Origin: Squalus acanthias
Taxonomy: Eukaryota
Direction: 5' to 3'
Assembly: GCA_030390025.1 (NCBI GenBank)
Contig: CM059427.1
Location: 208,196,001-208,260,000, forward strand
DNA length: 64,000 nucleotides
In this document: positions 12,835-25,777 of the stretch, one piece after another
Numbering within the stretch: the stretch's first letter is position 1
How the letters are laid out: each line of letters begins with the position of its first letter
Position numbers and translations under genes: made by a program
The notes under the pieces: generated by a model
Database searches by the model: none
Told to the model about the DNA's origin: nothing
Seen by the model: only the letters and a program-made list of their open reading frames with translations

Positions 12835-13279
12835 GCCGGAGGTTTAAGGGGCACAGCTACTGTCTGTTGTGGCCAGTTTATCACAGCGGGTCAGACACTG
12901 ACACGTGAACACATTCCTGTGCGCGCAGACCCGAGCGCAAACCACATAAAACTCGTATAAAACCGTTCACATCGAATACTGATTGCATCTGATTATTTTA
13001 TTAGCTGGGCGAGCGCAGAATTGGCTGCTTTTTTCGTGTATCTCTGGGAGCCCGCCAGTCCCATTGAGAAAACAAACACACCTGCAGGTGGCCCGGAACT
13101 GGTTATATCGGTGAACTGCTGCTGCAGATCTAACGCACGGCAAACGGGCAAATAATGATTGGTTTGAAATACCACTCGACAGTGCAGACAGAGGCAAGTC
13201 AGATGGGGAAGACCCCAATAATTATAATAACTTTATTAAACAATTCTCAATATTAAAACACTTATACATATTAAAACTA

Positions 13280-13895
13280 AGAATATATGCTAATACATGC
13301 TAAACCTGTATCGAACCTTGGTCAGCCCACACTTGGAGTACTGTGTACAGTTCTGGTCGCCGTATTATAAAAAGGATATAGAGGCACTGGAGAGGATGCA
13401 GCGAATATTTACAAGGATGATACCAGAAATGCGAGTGTGTACCTATCAGTAAAGGATGAACAGGTTATATCTCTTTTCTCTTGAAAAAAGAAGGCTGAGT
13501 GCTGACCTAATAGAGGTCTTTAAAATTTTGAAAAAATTTGATAGATTGGATGCAGAGAGAATTTTTCCACTTGTGGGGAAGAGCATAACTACAGGCCATC
13601 ATTATAAGATAGTCAGCAAGAAATCCAATAGGAAATTCAGGAGAAACTTCTTTGCCAAAAGAGTGGTGAGAATGTGGAACTCACAACTACAGGGAGTGGT
13701 TGAAGCGAATAGTATAGATGCACTTAAGGGGAGGCTGTAAAAGCATATGAGGGAGAAGGGAATAGAGGGTTATGCTAATCGAGTTAGATGAGGAAAGAAG
13801 GGAGGAGGCTCTTGTGGAGCATAAAGGCCGGCATGGATTGGTTGGGCCGAATGGCCTGTTTCTGTGCCCTATATCTTGTGTAATCCGATGTAATC
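13280..13895 (+). mobile_element. CR1 3' fragment
   Basis: PHLEYCVQFWSP...LFSLEKRRLSADLIEVFKIL...RMWNS. Confidence 0.9.
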
Positions 13896-15114
13896 TGAAT
13901 GTTAAACCGATTCCAGGAGCTCACATTGAGGACAAGATCAGAAGCCGATGAACAAACATTAATGGATTTATAATCTGCAAGGACAGACATTGTGTGCTCT
14001 GGTCACCGGGCCAGATAATCAGAAGACCGACTGAAAGCAAGGCTAATAGAGACGGTATCAGAAAAATGCGATAGTGAGGTGCAAACAGTGTAAAGAACAA
14101 TTCACAAATACTAGATAACGTCGCGCAGAATCACTAAAGAGAATGATGTAATTTACAAGATGATTTAATGGGTTTACGTGTTACGTATTAATTAAAAATA
14201 ACCAGAAGGTGTTGACATGTTGCCAACACGTTAACAAAACGTTGCTAAGACTATAACAGTCACAGTACACAAAAGATCAAAAAAACTGAAAGATACCAGC
14301 TTGAAGCAGTCAAGGAAAAAGATGTCGACGCTGCTCACATTAGGAGTGGGTAATATCACTTCTATTGTATCTGTGGTCTTAGCTGGTAAGATTGTGAGTA
14401 ATCTCACTTATTAACTGTGCTTTGTCTTGTACTTAATAAAACTATTTATTTATCACAACCATTTTGGTAAATATCCTTCTGATCGTCTGACACCGGTAAG
14501 TCATTAACATTACCTTCACCGAATTGAAGGCAAAATTACCGGGGAGTAAGTCTAATGTATTCCACTCCATGGCAACAAATCCCCTGGAATCACCCGGCCG
14601 CCGATCTCTGCCTGTGTTATACAGGAGTTCACACAAAGAGTCGGTCATTAACCACTGAACTAAGGTTACTGGAAATAAGCTCACCCACCAGCTGGTCCGG
14701 GACTTGTTTATCAGCAACTAAGTGATTGTAAATCGTTTGGTGCTCCCAGAAATCACTCGAGTTAAATTGGTGAATTCACCAGTCCTCACAGGAACAGATT
14801 CTCCAGCCTGTCTCCGTCTCACTCGATGGTCGTTTGGTAAATAAAAAGAGAGTTCGGTCACTTTACAAATTCTAACGCGCATTATGTCAATACCTTCACA
14901 ATGAGGTATAAGATGATCTGGTGAGAAGTGTGAAAATCCATTCTCACTATAAAGCATTTATCTTTGGCCGTTTGATATTTCACCCTAGAGCAGAAATTTA
15001 TTGTCCGCCTGTTTCCACAGGGGACGGTAGAGTTTCTTCTTTCCTTTTCTTAGGTTGAATCCGTCATTAACCGACTGGGTTGATGAGCGGTCAACACCGC
15101 CTTTAATTTATAGT

Positions 15115-17130
15115 AACATGGGAACATAAAAACATAGAAGATAGGAGCAGGAGTCGGACATTCTTCCCCTCGAGCCTGCTCCGCCATTCGATGAGATCAT
15201 GGCTGATCATCCAAACTCAGTACCCTGTACCTGCCTTCTCCCCATATCCCTTGATACCTTTAGCTTTAAGAAATATATCTAACTCATTCTTGAATATATT
15301 TAATGACTTGGCCTCAACTACCTTCTGTGATAGAGAATTCCATAGGTTCACCACTCTCTGGATGAAGAAATTCACCCTCATTTCTGTCCTAAATGGCTTA
15401 CCCCTTATCCTTAGATTATGACCCCTGGCTCTGGACTCTCCGACCATCGGGAACATTCTTCCTGCATCTAGTTTGTTCAGACCTGTCAGAATTTTATATG
15501 TTTCGATGAGATCCCCTCTCATTCTTCTATACTCCAGCGAGTATAAGCCCAATCGACCCAATCTCTCCTCATATGTCATTCCTGAAATCCCAGGTATCAG
15601 CCTTGTGAATCTTCGCTGAACTCCCTCCATGGCAAGAAAATCCTTCCTCAGATAAGGCGACCAAAACTGCACACAATACTCAAGGTGTGGTCTTACCAAG
15701 CCCCTGTACAACTGCAGCAGGACATCCCTGTTTCTATACTTCAAACCCTTTCGCTAAGAAGGCCAACATACCATTTGCCTTCTTCACCGCCTGCTGCACC
15801 TGCATGCTTACTTTCAGCGACTGATGCACAAGGACACCCAGGTATCGTTGCACTTCCCCACCTCCCAATCTATTGCCATTCATATAATAGTCTGCCTTTC
15901 TGTTTTTGCCACCAAAGTGGATAAACTCGCATTTATCCACCTTATATTGCATCTGCCACGCTTCTGCCCACTCACCCAACCTGTCCAAATCATCCTGGAG
16001 TTTCTCGGTATTCTCCTCGCAGCACACACACACACCCAGCTTTGTGTCATCTGCAAACTTGGAGATATTACATTTAGTTCCCTTATCTAGATCATTAATG
16101 TATATTGTGAATAGCTGGGGTCCAAGGACTGATCCCTACGGTAACCCACGAGTCACTGCTTGCCACTCGGAAAAAGACCCATTAATTCATAATCTTAGCT
16201 TTCTGTCCGCCAACCAGTTCTCTATCCAAGTCAATACCTTGCCACCAGTCCCATGTGCCTTAACTTTACACGCTAATCTCTTATGCGGGACCTTATCAAA
16301 AGCCTTTTGAAAGTCCAAATACACCACATCTACTGGTTCTCCCTTATCTATTTTCCCAGTTACATTCTCAAAAAATTCCAGTATATTAGTCAAGCACGAT
16401 TTACCTTTTGTAAATCCATGTTGACTTTGTCCGATCCTGTCACTGTTTTTCAAGTGCTCAGCTATTACATCGTTTATAATGGACTCTAGCATTTTCCCCA
16501 CTACCGATGTCAAGCTTACCGGTCTGTAATTCCCCACTTTCTCACTACCACCCTTTTTAAATAGTGGGGTAACATTAGCTACCCTCCAATCCATTGGTAC
16601 AGTTCAGATTCCATCGAATGTTGGAATATGATCAGCAATGCATCTACTATTTCTAGGGCCACATCCTTAAATACCCTAGGATGTAGATTATCAAGCCCTG
16701 GGGATTTATCGGCCTTCAATACCGTCAATTTCCCTAACACCATTTCCCTGCAAATACTGATTTCTTTCAGTTCCTCCCTTTCATCAGACCATATGTTCTC
16801 CAACATCTCTGGGAGGTTATTTCGGTCCTCCTTTGTGAAGACAGTACCAAAATATGCATTTAATTAGTCTGCCATTTCTTTGTTCCCCATTATAACTTAC
16901 CCCGCTTCTGACTGCAAGGGACCTACACTTGATTTCACTAATCTTTTTCTCTTCACATATCTGAAAAAACTCTTACAGTCCGTTTTTATGTTCCCTGAAA
17001 GCTTACTTTCCTATTCTATTTTCCCCTTCTTAATTAATCCCTTTGACCTCCTTTGTAGAATCCTAAACTGCTCACAATCCTCAGGGTTACCGCTTTTTCT
17101 GGCCAATTTATATGCCCTCTCCTTGGATCA
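15115..17130 (-). mobile_element. 5'-truncated CR1 LINE (RT, frameshifted)
   Basis: [43 protein letters not shown] and CR1 tail. Confidence 0.97.
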
Positions 17131-17569
17131 GGAGTGGATGACGCCACAATCGTTTCAGTCCGTCGGAGCACCGTGTTTGACTGTTTCTCCCATTGATTCA
17201 GGGTCAGGGTGTCACGGGCCATCTCCAGCCTCCGTTCAGCGCTAAAGAGCAGCAATTTGTGCAGCCTATGACCCCTGACTCAAGGCGATGACCTGGGGGG
17301 TCAATCCGGGACCTCTTAATGTTGCGCTGCACTCGCTGAGAATCCCCGAGCCTGGAGGCAAAACAGAGAGTCGGGGAGAAACAGCGACGGTGGCTAACGG
17401 TAATTGGAGCTTAGAGAGGCGGGAGAGAGATTGGGGAGGAGACGGTGTTTACTCACCAAATCCATCCAATCCCAAAATTACTTCCAAGGCCCTTCAGTCG
17501 CGCGTTGATTCTTCCATCCAGCATCCCGTTGTGCTATTCCACTACAGATGACCTCACGCCTGAACATCC

Positions 17570-18315
17570 AGGCCCAGATATTCCGATCGCAGGCCTCCCG
17601 CGGGCGGAGGGCTGCGATCTGGAAAAATCTGCGACTTTACCTGAGGGCTCCCGGGAGGCGCAGAGTTCCGATGCTGGGCCTCTCCAAACTGCCGGTGCGC
17701 AGAGCCCGCGTATCCTAGAGGCGCAGGTAGTTCGCAGCGTCCCTGGGCTCATGTGGGACATGGGGAGACAATCAGAGAAGGTAATCTCCCTTCATACATT
17801 TGTCTGGAAGATCTGTCAATTATATGAATGGAGATCACCCCAAAGCATAGTAAAACTTCAAATAAATTTAAAAAAAACATCATATTTTTAAAATTACTTG
17901 AAATTACATAAATTAACTATTTTAAACAAACATTTAAATTTTTGAAAAAATAATTAAATTTTTTAACGGGGCTACAAATAAACTTACCTTCCTTTAAAGT
18001 GTTTTTAAATGATAAATCAGTGGAATTTTTTTTTTTTACTATTTTGAACTCTTATCCTGGTAAAAGCAGGCCTTACGCCTGCTTTTACCAGGCGCAAGAA
18101 TTGTAAGTGTTTTCTGCGGGCAGAGGGTCTACAAAAAGCGGAACTCTCCGCCCGCAGAGGCCCATCTCCCGGGCAGCCTGAGGAGCTTTCTTGACTGATC
18201 GGAAATGCCGGTTTCCAGCGCATGCGCAGTGCTTGCCTGAAACCGGCATTTCCAATGTCCCTACGGGTGGCTACACAGCGCGTACCCACCCTTAGATTTC
18301 GGAATACCGGCCCCC
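17570..18315. mobile_element. Putative non-autonomous TIR element (MITE-like)
   Basis: Imperfect inverted ends GGCCCAGATATTCC / GGAATACCGGCCCC, GC-rich arms, AT-rich centre. Confidence 0.4.
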
Positions 18316-18484
18316 AGCGTTTCGAGGAAAAGCATCCACGCATCAGAAGGAAAATGCTGGAAAATACTCGGGTCTGACCAGAAACCTCTGGAGATGTTCC
18401 CGTGTTCGGGAGGCTCCGAAAGAAAGATGAGATGTTGAAGAACAGGGTCCCAAAGTTCAGGGGTAAAGGCAGCTAATGTCACTA

Positions 18485-18985
18485 GCGGATCCATGCGTAA
18501 TCTTAAGTGAGTTCAGTAAGATGATATCAGAGAGTATGGAGCAGAGCAAGGAGAAAGGATCCCCAGGGTGATGGTCAGTGAGAACAGGTAGATGGTATCA
18601 GAGGGAATGGAGGTGAGCCGGGAGAAAGGATCCCTTCGGGGATGTCATTGAGTTCAGGTAGATGGTTTCAGAGGGAATGTAGAAGAGCAGCGAGAAAGGA
18701 TCCCTGGGGAGATGTTCAGTGAGTTTACGTAAATGGTATCAGTGGGAATGGAGGAGAGCAGGGAGAAAGGATCCCTGGTGTGATGTTCAGTCAGTTCAGG
18801 TAGATGGTATCAGAGTGAATGGAGGAGAGCAGGGAGAAAGGTACCCTGGGGTGATGTTCAGTGTGTTCAGGGAGATTGTATGAGAGTGAATGGAGGGGTG
18901 CAGGGAGGTAGGATCCCTGGGGTGATGTTCAGTGAGTTCAGTCAGTTGGTATCAGAGGGAATGGAGGAGAACAGGGTGAAAGGTA
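18485..18985. repeat. ~70-bp tandem repeat, ~7 copies
   Basis: GGATCCCTGGGGTGATGTTCAGTGAGTTCAGGTAGATGGTATCAGAGGGAATGGAGGAGAGCAGGGAGAAA recurring every 70 nt. Confidence 0.93.
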
Positions 18986-19439
18986 ATTAGGAAACTGGAG
19001 ACAGATGATCAGGGTTAATGGGCGTTGCTGAGATTGGAGAAGGGTTGGAAATGATTTATTTTCTCCGTGGTCTCTGTAAAACATTTTCACTCGGAACTCC
19101 TTTAAAGAGGTAAATCCAAATCAGAAATACATTCAATAGTGAGGAGGGTTCCATTCGTGCACGTGGCCTGAACAAAACTAAAATGATTTTGCCCGTCTAT
19201 CACACAACCTGTATCCAGGGCGGCCCACTGGCGCAGAAGGCTCAAAAATACCGGCGGATACCATGTGACCCCTCCTCTCATTTGTCTCAAATACTGTCTA
19301 AAAGCGTCAGACACTCTGTGTGTATAACTGCAAAAATGGAGAGAGTATAACAGAAAACGGTCGAAAGAGTGCTTGTGTGTCTGATAGGCCCCAGGCTCTG
19401 GGAATCATTCCCAGGATTGTGCTCCCCGGCGTGTTTATG

Positions 19440-20185
19440 TCAGATATCTAACCGTGCTGTACCTGCCCTGGGGGTGGTTGATGGGACAGTGTGAACGGAG
19501 CTTTACTCTGTATCTAACCCGTGTTGTATCTGCCCTGGGAGTGTTTGATGGGACAGTGTAGAGGGAGCTTTCCTCTGTATCTAACTCGTGCTGTACCTGC
19601 CCTGGGATTGTTTGATGGAACAGTGTAGAGGGAGCTTTACTCTGTATCTAACCCGTGCTGTACCTGCCCTGGGAGTTTTTGATGGTCATGATGCGGAGAT
19701 GCCGGTGTTGGACTGGGGTGGACAAAATTGAGAGGTCGCCCAACACCAGGTTATAGTCCAACAGTTTTATTTGAAATCACAAGCTTTCGGAGCTATCGAT
19801 TGCCCCTTCCTCAGGTGAAGTAAATAGATACAGAATCGCCAAAGCATATATATGCTTTGGCGATTCTGTATCTATTTACTTCACCTGAGGAAGGGGCAAT
19901 CGATAGCTCCGAAAGCTTGTGATTTCAAATAAAACTGTTGGACTATAACCTGGTGTTGTGCGACCTCTCAGTTTTTAATGGGACAGTGTAGAGGGAGCCT
20001 TACTCTGTATATAACCCGTGCTGTACCAGCCTTGGGAATGTTTGATGGGACAGTATAGAGTTAGCTTTACTCTGTATCTAACCCGTGCTATACCTACCCT
20101 GAGAGTGTTTGATGGGACAGTGTAGAGCGAGCTTTACTCTGTATCTAACTCATGCTGTACCTGCCCTGGGAGAGTTTAATGGGAG
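19440..20185. repeat. 67-bp minisatellite interrupted by Penelope-type palindrome
   Basis: CTGTATCTAACCCGTGCTGTACCTGCCCTGGGAGTGTTTGATGGGACAGTGTAGAGGGAGCTTTACT units. Confidence 0.93.
19687..19975. mobile_element. Penelope-like terminal fragment forming ~250-bp palindrome
   Basis: 19724-19975 self-complementary about 19849/19850; CTGAGGA...GAAA core, AATAAA; homologous to 62096-62190. Confidence 0.75.
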
Positions 20186-21169
20186 ATTTACACTGCCATG
20201 GACTGCACTGTATCAGGCTGTGATGGAGCAGATCCCTGCTCTGCAATAGAACCTGACATGTGACTCTTTAGACCATAATATTAGTGGAGACTGCATGTTG
20301 CGCCTGGTCACTAACAGTCATTCCACCTATCGGGCTTGACATAAAAATGCCTGGGTAAAGGTGTTTTTTCTCTGATGGAAAACTGGGTGGCGCAGTGGCT
20401 CCTTAACCGAAGGGTCTTGAGTTGAATCACATCTCAGACAGGACGTGTGAAATATACCTGCAGGGGAAATCAAGAAAGTGTGATAGGGAAACTGGAGCGG
20501 TGTAGAGGAGCCTCGGAGAAAGGAAATCAGCAAAGTCTAACTTAGTAAAGTTGTCATTCCAGATTTATTAACAATTGCACAGAGTAAGATTTACAGAGAA
20601 CGGTTTAAAAAGGTAACACAAAGTGAATATAATAACTGAGCGTCACATTGAGAACTGAACACAGGCGGTCTGAGCTGCCAGCTATCTGTACAACTGTAAC
20701 AGACACCAGGGAGAGAAAACAGGGGCTCAACATGAAGGTGGGGGGGCGGGAACAATTGTGAATTAGGAATGAGAAAAGTGACTTATTTACACGTGTAATA
20801 TTCAAACGACTGTAAGATACATTTACATTATAGACACGATTATCTCACATATTTCAAACAGAAAGACAGAATCCCGTTGATATTTTCGCAGCTATACATT
20901 CGGTACTTTTAACTGAAGGCATTTAATTTGTGAATCACCAAGAGGACATATTTTATTTTCAGAACACAGCGATGTTAATAAACAGATGAGGAAAACGCTC
21001 GGTGTTCGAAATTCAATAGATAACTTGGCTTGTAAAAGAGGGATAAAAGAATGAAGCAGAGGTTTCGCTGTCCGGGACATTTATCTCAGGGTTTTTTTCA
21101 ATGAAACTTTTAGAGATTTGTCAAACCGCTTCAGTCAGGTTGAAGTGTGAGTGGATTGAACCTTCCATC

Positions 21170-21297
21170 CTTCACCAGAGTGACGGCAGCGCTCTATGAA
21201 ATGCTCAGGAATAACAGGAGGATGAATGTGGAAGCGGTTGTCCAGATGTTGCCGCTCTCGTCCTCACAGTCTTCAATCCAGATGTGGTCTGAGGAAT
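21170..21297 (-). pseudogene. IGHM: IgM heavy chain TM1 exon
   Basis: AG acceptor; DSSDHIWIEDCEDESGNIWTTASTFILLLFLSIS*SAAVTLVK; in-frame stop and donor reads GA instead of GT. Confidence 0.95.
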
Positions 21298-21929
21298 CTA
21301 CGTGGATGTAGAGGAGGAAATATATTCAGATCGTTTATTAATCCAGGATATCATATTATTATTATATATTCTCTTTTCCTTTCCTTAAGGTATTCGTTTG
21401 TTCTCTAATTTTATTTTCAATGTATATCTTGTGTCAAGTTAATCACTCTCAGCATCTATCTCTGTTCCTAACTGCACAGTCGCTCTTCCTTTATGATCCT
21501 CATGTAGTCCGTGTTGGAAAACGTGATATTATTTCCTTCCTGTCAGACGCTAATTGATTTTCCATTAATTTCTTACGATCTATCTTTCGGGAATAATATG
21601 ATGAAATATCGAGGCAGGTTTACTGATTGATATGGATTATTTTAGCGATAGGTTCAGATAGCTACTTATTTGGAGACTGTCAAGGGGACTGGGTAAGAGA
21701 TCAGATGTGAGCTAGAAGCTTATTTATTTGTATTTGTTATGGCAATACTCTGAATATAATTAAATTGTCTCAGTTTCCAACTAAGAATTATGATTCAGTG
21801 TATGTGTCGGAGCAAAATAGAGAACCGTGAGAGGTAGAGGTATCAGGAATTATTTATTCAGGACAATCGTTGGAGACTGTGTCCGTTCAAAAAGTGCAAA
21901 TTAATTCTACATTCTACTATAGCCTGACG

Positions 21930-22165
21930 TTTCTGTGCGCTTTAGTGTTTGCCTATGTGTGTATGGCTATCTCTTATTATGCTTTAGTTTATGTTTGTGT
22001 GTTAATGTGTGTATTTATCTGTCAGTGTGTGTGTTGAAGTGTAAGTGTGTGTGTGCGTTATTTGTGTAAGTGTGTGTGTGTTTATGTGTAATTCGATGTG
22101 TGTTATCTGTAAGAGTGCGTATGCGTGTATTTTTGTAAGTTTGTGTATGTTTATGTATAAATCTT
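21930..22165. repeat. Degenerate GT-rich microsatellite
   Basis: Low-complexity (GT)n. Confidence 0.8.
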
Positions 22166-22472
22166 TTTGGGCTGGATTTTGAATGACCCATGGAGTCGGG
22201 TTTGGAGGCGTGTGTGGGGTTAAATTTGCTGGGTCGGGGTTTCCGACCCCATCCCGACTTCATCCCGCAACCACGCAATTTGACAAAATCATTCGCGGGG
22301 TTTCTGACTCCGTGCCGCCTCCAAGAGGCGGGAGAGTCCATTAAAGCCCTTAACAAGCCCTAAATTGGCTCTGTAATGCTATTTTGAAACGATGTAGCTA
22401 GTTTAACCCTTTTCTGACGTGAGGCACGTCTGGTGTGAAACACTCCAGTGAAACCTGGCGGGAGCACAAATG

Positions 22473-22660
22473 GATAGCTGACTATCGGCTGCAGGTCCAC
22501 TATTACAACGGAGATGTGATGAAGGTAGTAGTATTAGGTGTGAAAGTCGCCTCTGATACTGCTATGAATAGCTGACTATCGGCTGCAGGTCCACTATTAC
22601 AACGGAGTTGTGATGAAGGTAGTAGTATTAGGTGTGAACGTCGCCTCTGATACTGCTATC
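22473..22660. repeat. ~95-bp direct tandem duplication
   Basis: ATAGCTGACTATCGGCTGCAGGTCCACTATTACAACGGAG...GATACTGCTAT twice. Confidence 0.9.
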
Positions 22661-22939
22661 AATGTCATGGCATTTGGTGTAAGAGGACTTGGATGCAAAA
22701 AATTCCCTCTCTCTCTCTCTCTCCCTTTCATTCATTTGCATCCAGGTCCACTCACATCAGAAGCAATGCAGACAGGTCCTCTCTCACCAGTTGTGTATTT
22801 CTATAATTGTTAAAAGTTTCAGAGAGTACTGATAACTGGGTCTGACATTGATGATGTTTATTTTAATCTGGGTATGTGTAATATTCTGTGTCAGGGTGTT
22901 AATCTGTGTTTGTGTGAAAGTCTGTGTGTGTGTATGTGT

Positions 22940-23550
22940 TTATTCCCTCCCCCAGCATCCAAACTTGCTTTTTCATCTGTTTAATTTCCTGCTTTTTTTC
23001 TCAGTTCTGACGAAAGGTCATCGACCTGAAACGTTAACTCTATTTCTCTCTCCACAGATGTTGCCTGGCCTGCTGAGTTTTTCCAGCGCTTTCTGTTGTT
23101 ATTTCAGTTTTCCAGCATCCGCAGTATTTTGCTATTGTATCAGTGTTTGGTTCACTGCCACCTCTCTTCTAGGAATGCCCACCCTGAAGAAGTTCTGCTT
23201 TTCTCTTCGACGTGATCTCCGTTTGGCTCTTCAAACTTGTTCACACTTCTGGAGTATTCTTTTGTTTCTTAACCTGTCCTATTACCATCTCGACTCGCCT
23301 TGAGCATCTCTTAATGTCTCTTTACTTCCCACTGACCTCCCCTTTTGTTCTTTTATTCCCTCCCCTGCCTCCAAACTTGCTATTTCATCTGTTTCATTTC
23401 CTGATTGTTTCTCAGTTCTGACGAAGGGTCTTCGACCTGAAACGTTAACTCTGTTTCTCTCTCCACGGATGTTGACTGGCCTGCTGAGTTTTTCCAGCGC
23501 TTTCTGTTTTTATTTCAGTTTTCCAGCATCCGCAGTATTTTGCTATTGAA
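22940..23550 (+). mobile_element. Penelope-related short element, two tandem terminal units with hammerhead-like core
   Basis: CTGACGAA(A/G)GGTC(A/T)TCGACCTGAAACGTTAACTC...TTCCAGCATCCGCAGTATTTTGCT at ~23007 and ~23418. Confidence 0.65.
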
Positions 23551-23874
23551 TTGTGTTTATGTGTAAGTGTGCACAGAGCGGGTGGATGCAACATTTCAAC
23601 CGATGGGACTCAGCAACATCAGAGACACAACCTTGAGAAACCGGGAGAGGAATCAATCACCAGTTTATATCTGGACTGTTAGAATACAATCTGTTAGTTT
23701 ACGAATAAAAGGGACATATTTACCCCAAACCCTATTTAAAGATACAACGATGAAAAAATATTTATTTTACAATATGATTCCCAAGGTGCCAATTTTAACA
23801 TTTGCGGACAGTGAGTTAGAAGCTGACCTTTGCTGATAACAACTGAGTTCATATAATACAGATTGGATTAACCC

Positions 23875-25535
23875 CGCAGCCTGTCTCTGGTGGGAGAGTG
23901 TGGGGCTCGGTGAGTTAACAATTGCCCTTTCCCTGCTCTCTGATGGGGGAGTGGCAGGTACAGTGGGCTAACAACTGCCCTTTCCCCTTTCTCTGGTGGG
24001 GGAGTGGGTGTACAGTGGATTAACAATTGCCCTTTCCCCACTCACTGGTGGGGGAGTGGGGTTACAGAGGGTTAACAATTGTCCTTTCCCAGCTCTCTGG
24101 TGCGACAGTGGGTACAGTTGGTTAACAATTGCCCTATTCCCTCTCCCAGGTGTGGGACTGGGGGTACAGGTGGTTAATAATTGCCCTTTCTCCTCTCTCT
24201 TGTGAGGAAGTGAGTGTACAATGGGTTAACATATTTCCCTTTCCCCTCTCTAAGGTTGACGAGTGGGGGTACAGTGGGTTAACAATTGCCATTTCCCCTC
24301 TCTCTGGTGGGGAGTGGGGGTAAATATGTTAACAATTGCCCTTTCCCTTGTCTCTGGTGAGGAGTGGGAGTACAGTGGGTAAACAACTGTCCTTTCCCTT
24401 CTCTCTGGTGGGGATTGGGGTTAAATATGTTCACAATTGCCCTGTCCCTCTCTCTGGTGGGGGAGTGGGGGCACAGTGGATTAACAATTGCTATTCCCCT
24501 CTCTCTGGTGGGGGAGTGGGGGTACAGTGAGTTAACAATTGACCTTCCCCCATCTCTCAGGTGGGGAGTTCTGCTCCAGTGGGTTATCAATTGAACTTTC
24601 GCCACTCTCTGATGGGGGAGTGGGAGTACAGCGGGGTAACAATTGCCCTTTCCCGTCTCTCTGGTGGGGAGTGGGGGTAAATATGTTAACAATTGCACTT
24701 TCCCCTCTCTCAGGCGGGGGAGTGTGGGTACAGTGAGTTAACAATTGCCCTTTCCCCTCTCTCTGGTGGGGGAGTGGGGGTACAGTGGGTTAACAATTGC
24801 CCTTTCCCCTCTCTCTGGTGGGGAGTGGGGTACAGAGTGTTACCAATTGCCCTTTCCCTTGTCTCTGGTGAGGAGTGGGGTTACAGTGGGTAAACAACTG
24901 CCCTTTCTCTTCTCTCTGATGTGGATTGGGGGTAAATATGTTCACAATTGCCCTGTCCCCTCTCTCTGGTGGGGGAGTGGGGGCACAGTGGATTAACAAT
25001 TGCTATTCCCCTCTCTCTGGTGGGGAAGTGGGGGTACAGTGAGTTAACAATTGACCTTCCCCCATCTCTCAGGTGGGGAGTTGTGCTCCAGCGGGTTATC
25101 AATTGAACATTCGCCACTCTCTGATGGGGGAGTGGGAGTACACCGGTTACCAATTGCCCTTTCCTCTCTCTCTGGTGGGGGATTGGGGGTACAGTGGGTT
25201 AACACTTGACCTTTCCCCTCTCTCTGGTGGGAGTGGGTGTACAGTGGGTTAACAATTGCCCTTTCCCTTGTCTCTGGTGAGGAGTGAGGGTAGAGTGGGT
25301 TAACAATAGCCCTTTCCCCTCTCGCTGTTGTGGGAGTGGGGTACAGTCGGGTTATCAATTGCCCTTCCCCTCTCTCTGGCGGAGAAGTGGTGGTACATTG
25401 GTTTAACAATTGACTTTTCACCTCTCTCTGCTGGGGAGAGTGGGTACTGTGGATTATCACTTGCTCTTTCGCCTCTCTCTGGCGGGGGAGTGGGGATACA
25501 ATGGGTTAACACTTGCCTTTCCTCTCTCTCTGGTG
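23875..25535. repeat. ~52-bp G-rich tandem repeat with higher-order duplication
   Basis: GGTACAGTGGGTTAACAATTGCCCTTTCCCCTCTCTCTGGTGGGGGAGTGGG units. Confidence 0.95.
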
Positions 25536-25777
25536 ATCAATTGCGAGATACAGTTCATGGTCCTCTGTTGCCCTCACTTCAGCGAGTGCGATGCTGCAAA
25601 TTAAAACTGTCCCCAATTCTGAAGGGATGGACAACACGAGAAACAGGGAGACCGAGATCTAAATGTGCTGCCTTGATTTGTCGGTAAGATGAATATTCAG
25701 ATTCCCCCAGCAGGAGGAAATGTGCTCAAGTTCCTTTGAGTAATCCTGTAGTGAGAGAGCTTCACTCTGTCTCTAAC

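Noticed and set aside
14322-14390. Plus-strand leader-like exon MSTLLTLGVGNITSIVSVVLA-G/GTAAG
   Set aside because: No downstream plus-strand V exon found
19102-19330. Exon-like minus-strand segment after TTTTGCAG
   Set aside because: No recognisable domain; stops in the phase-1 frame
20892-20912. Candidate IgM TM2 exon (CAG|TTAAAAGTACCGAATGTATAG)
   Set aside because: Does not match the expected VK-stop; too short to support
23996-25687. Many overlapping short ORFs (also at 34.2-35.5 kb, 47.5-49.9 kb and antisense to CR1s)
   Set aside because: Artefacts of tandem repeats, N runs or LINE antisense frames
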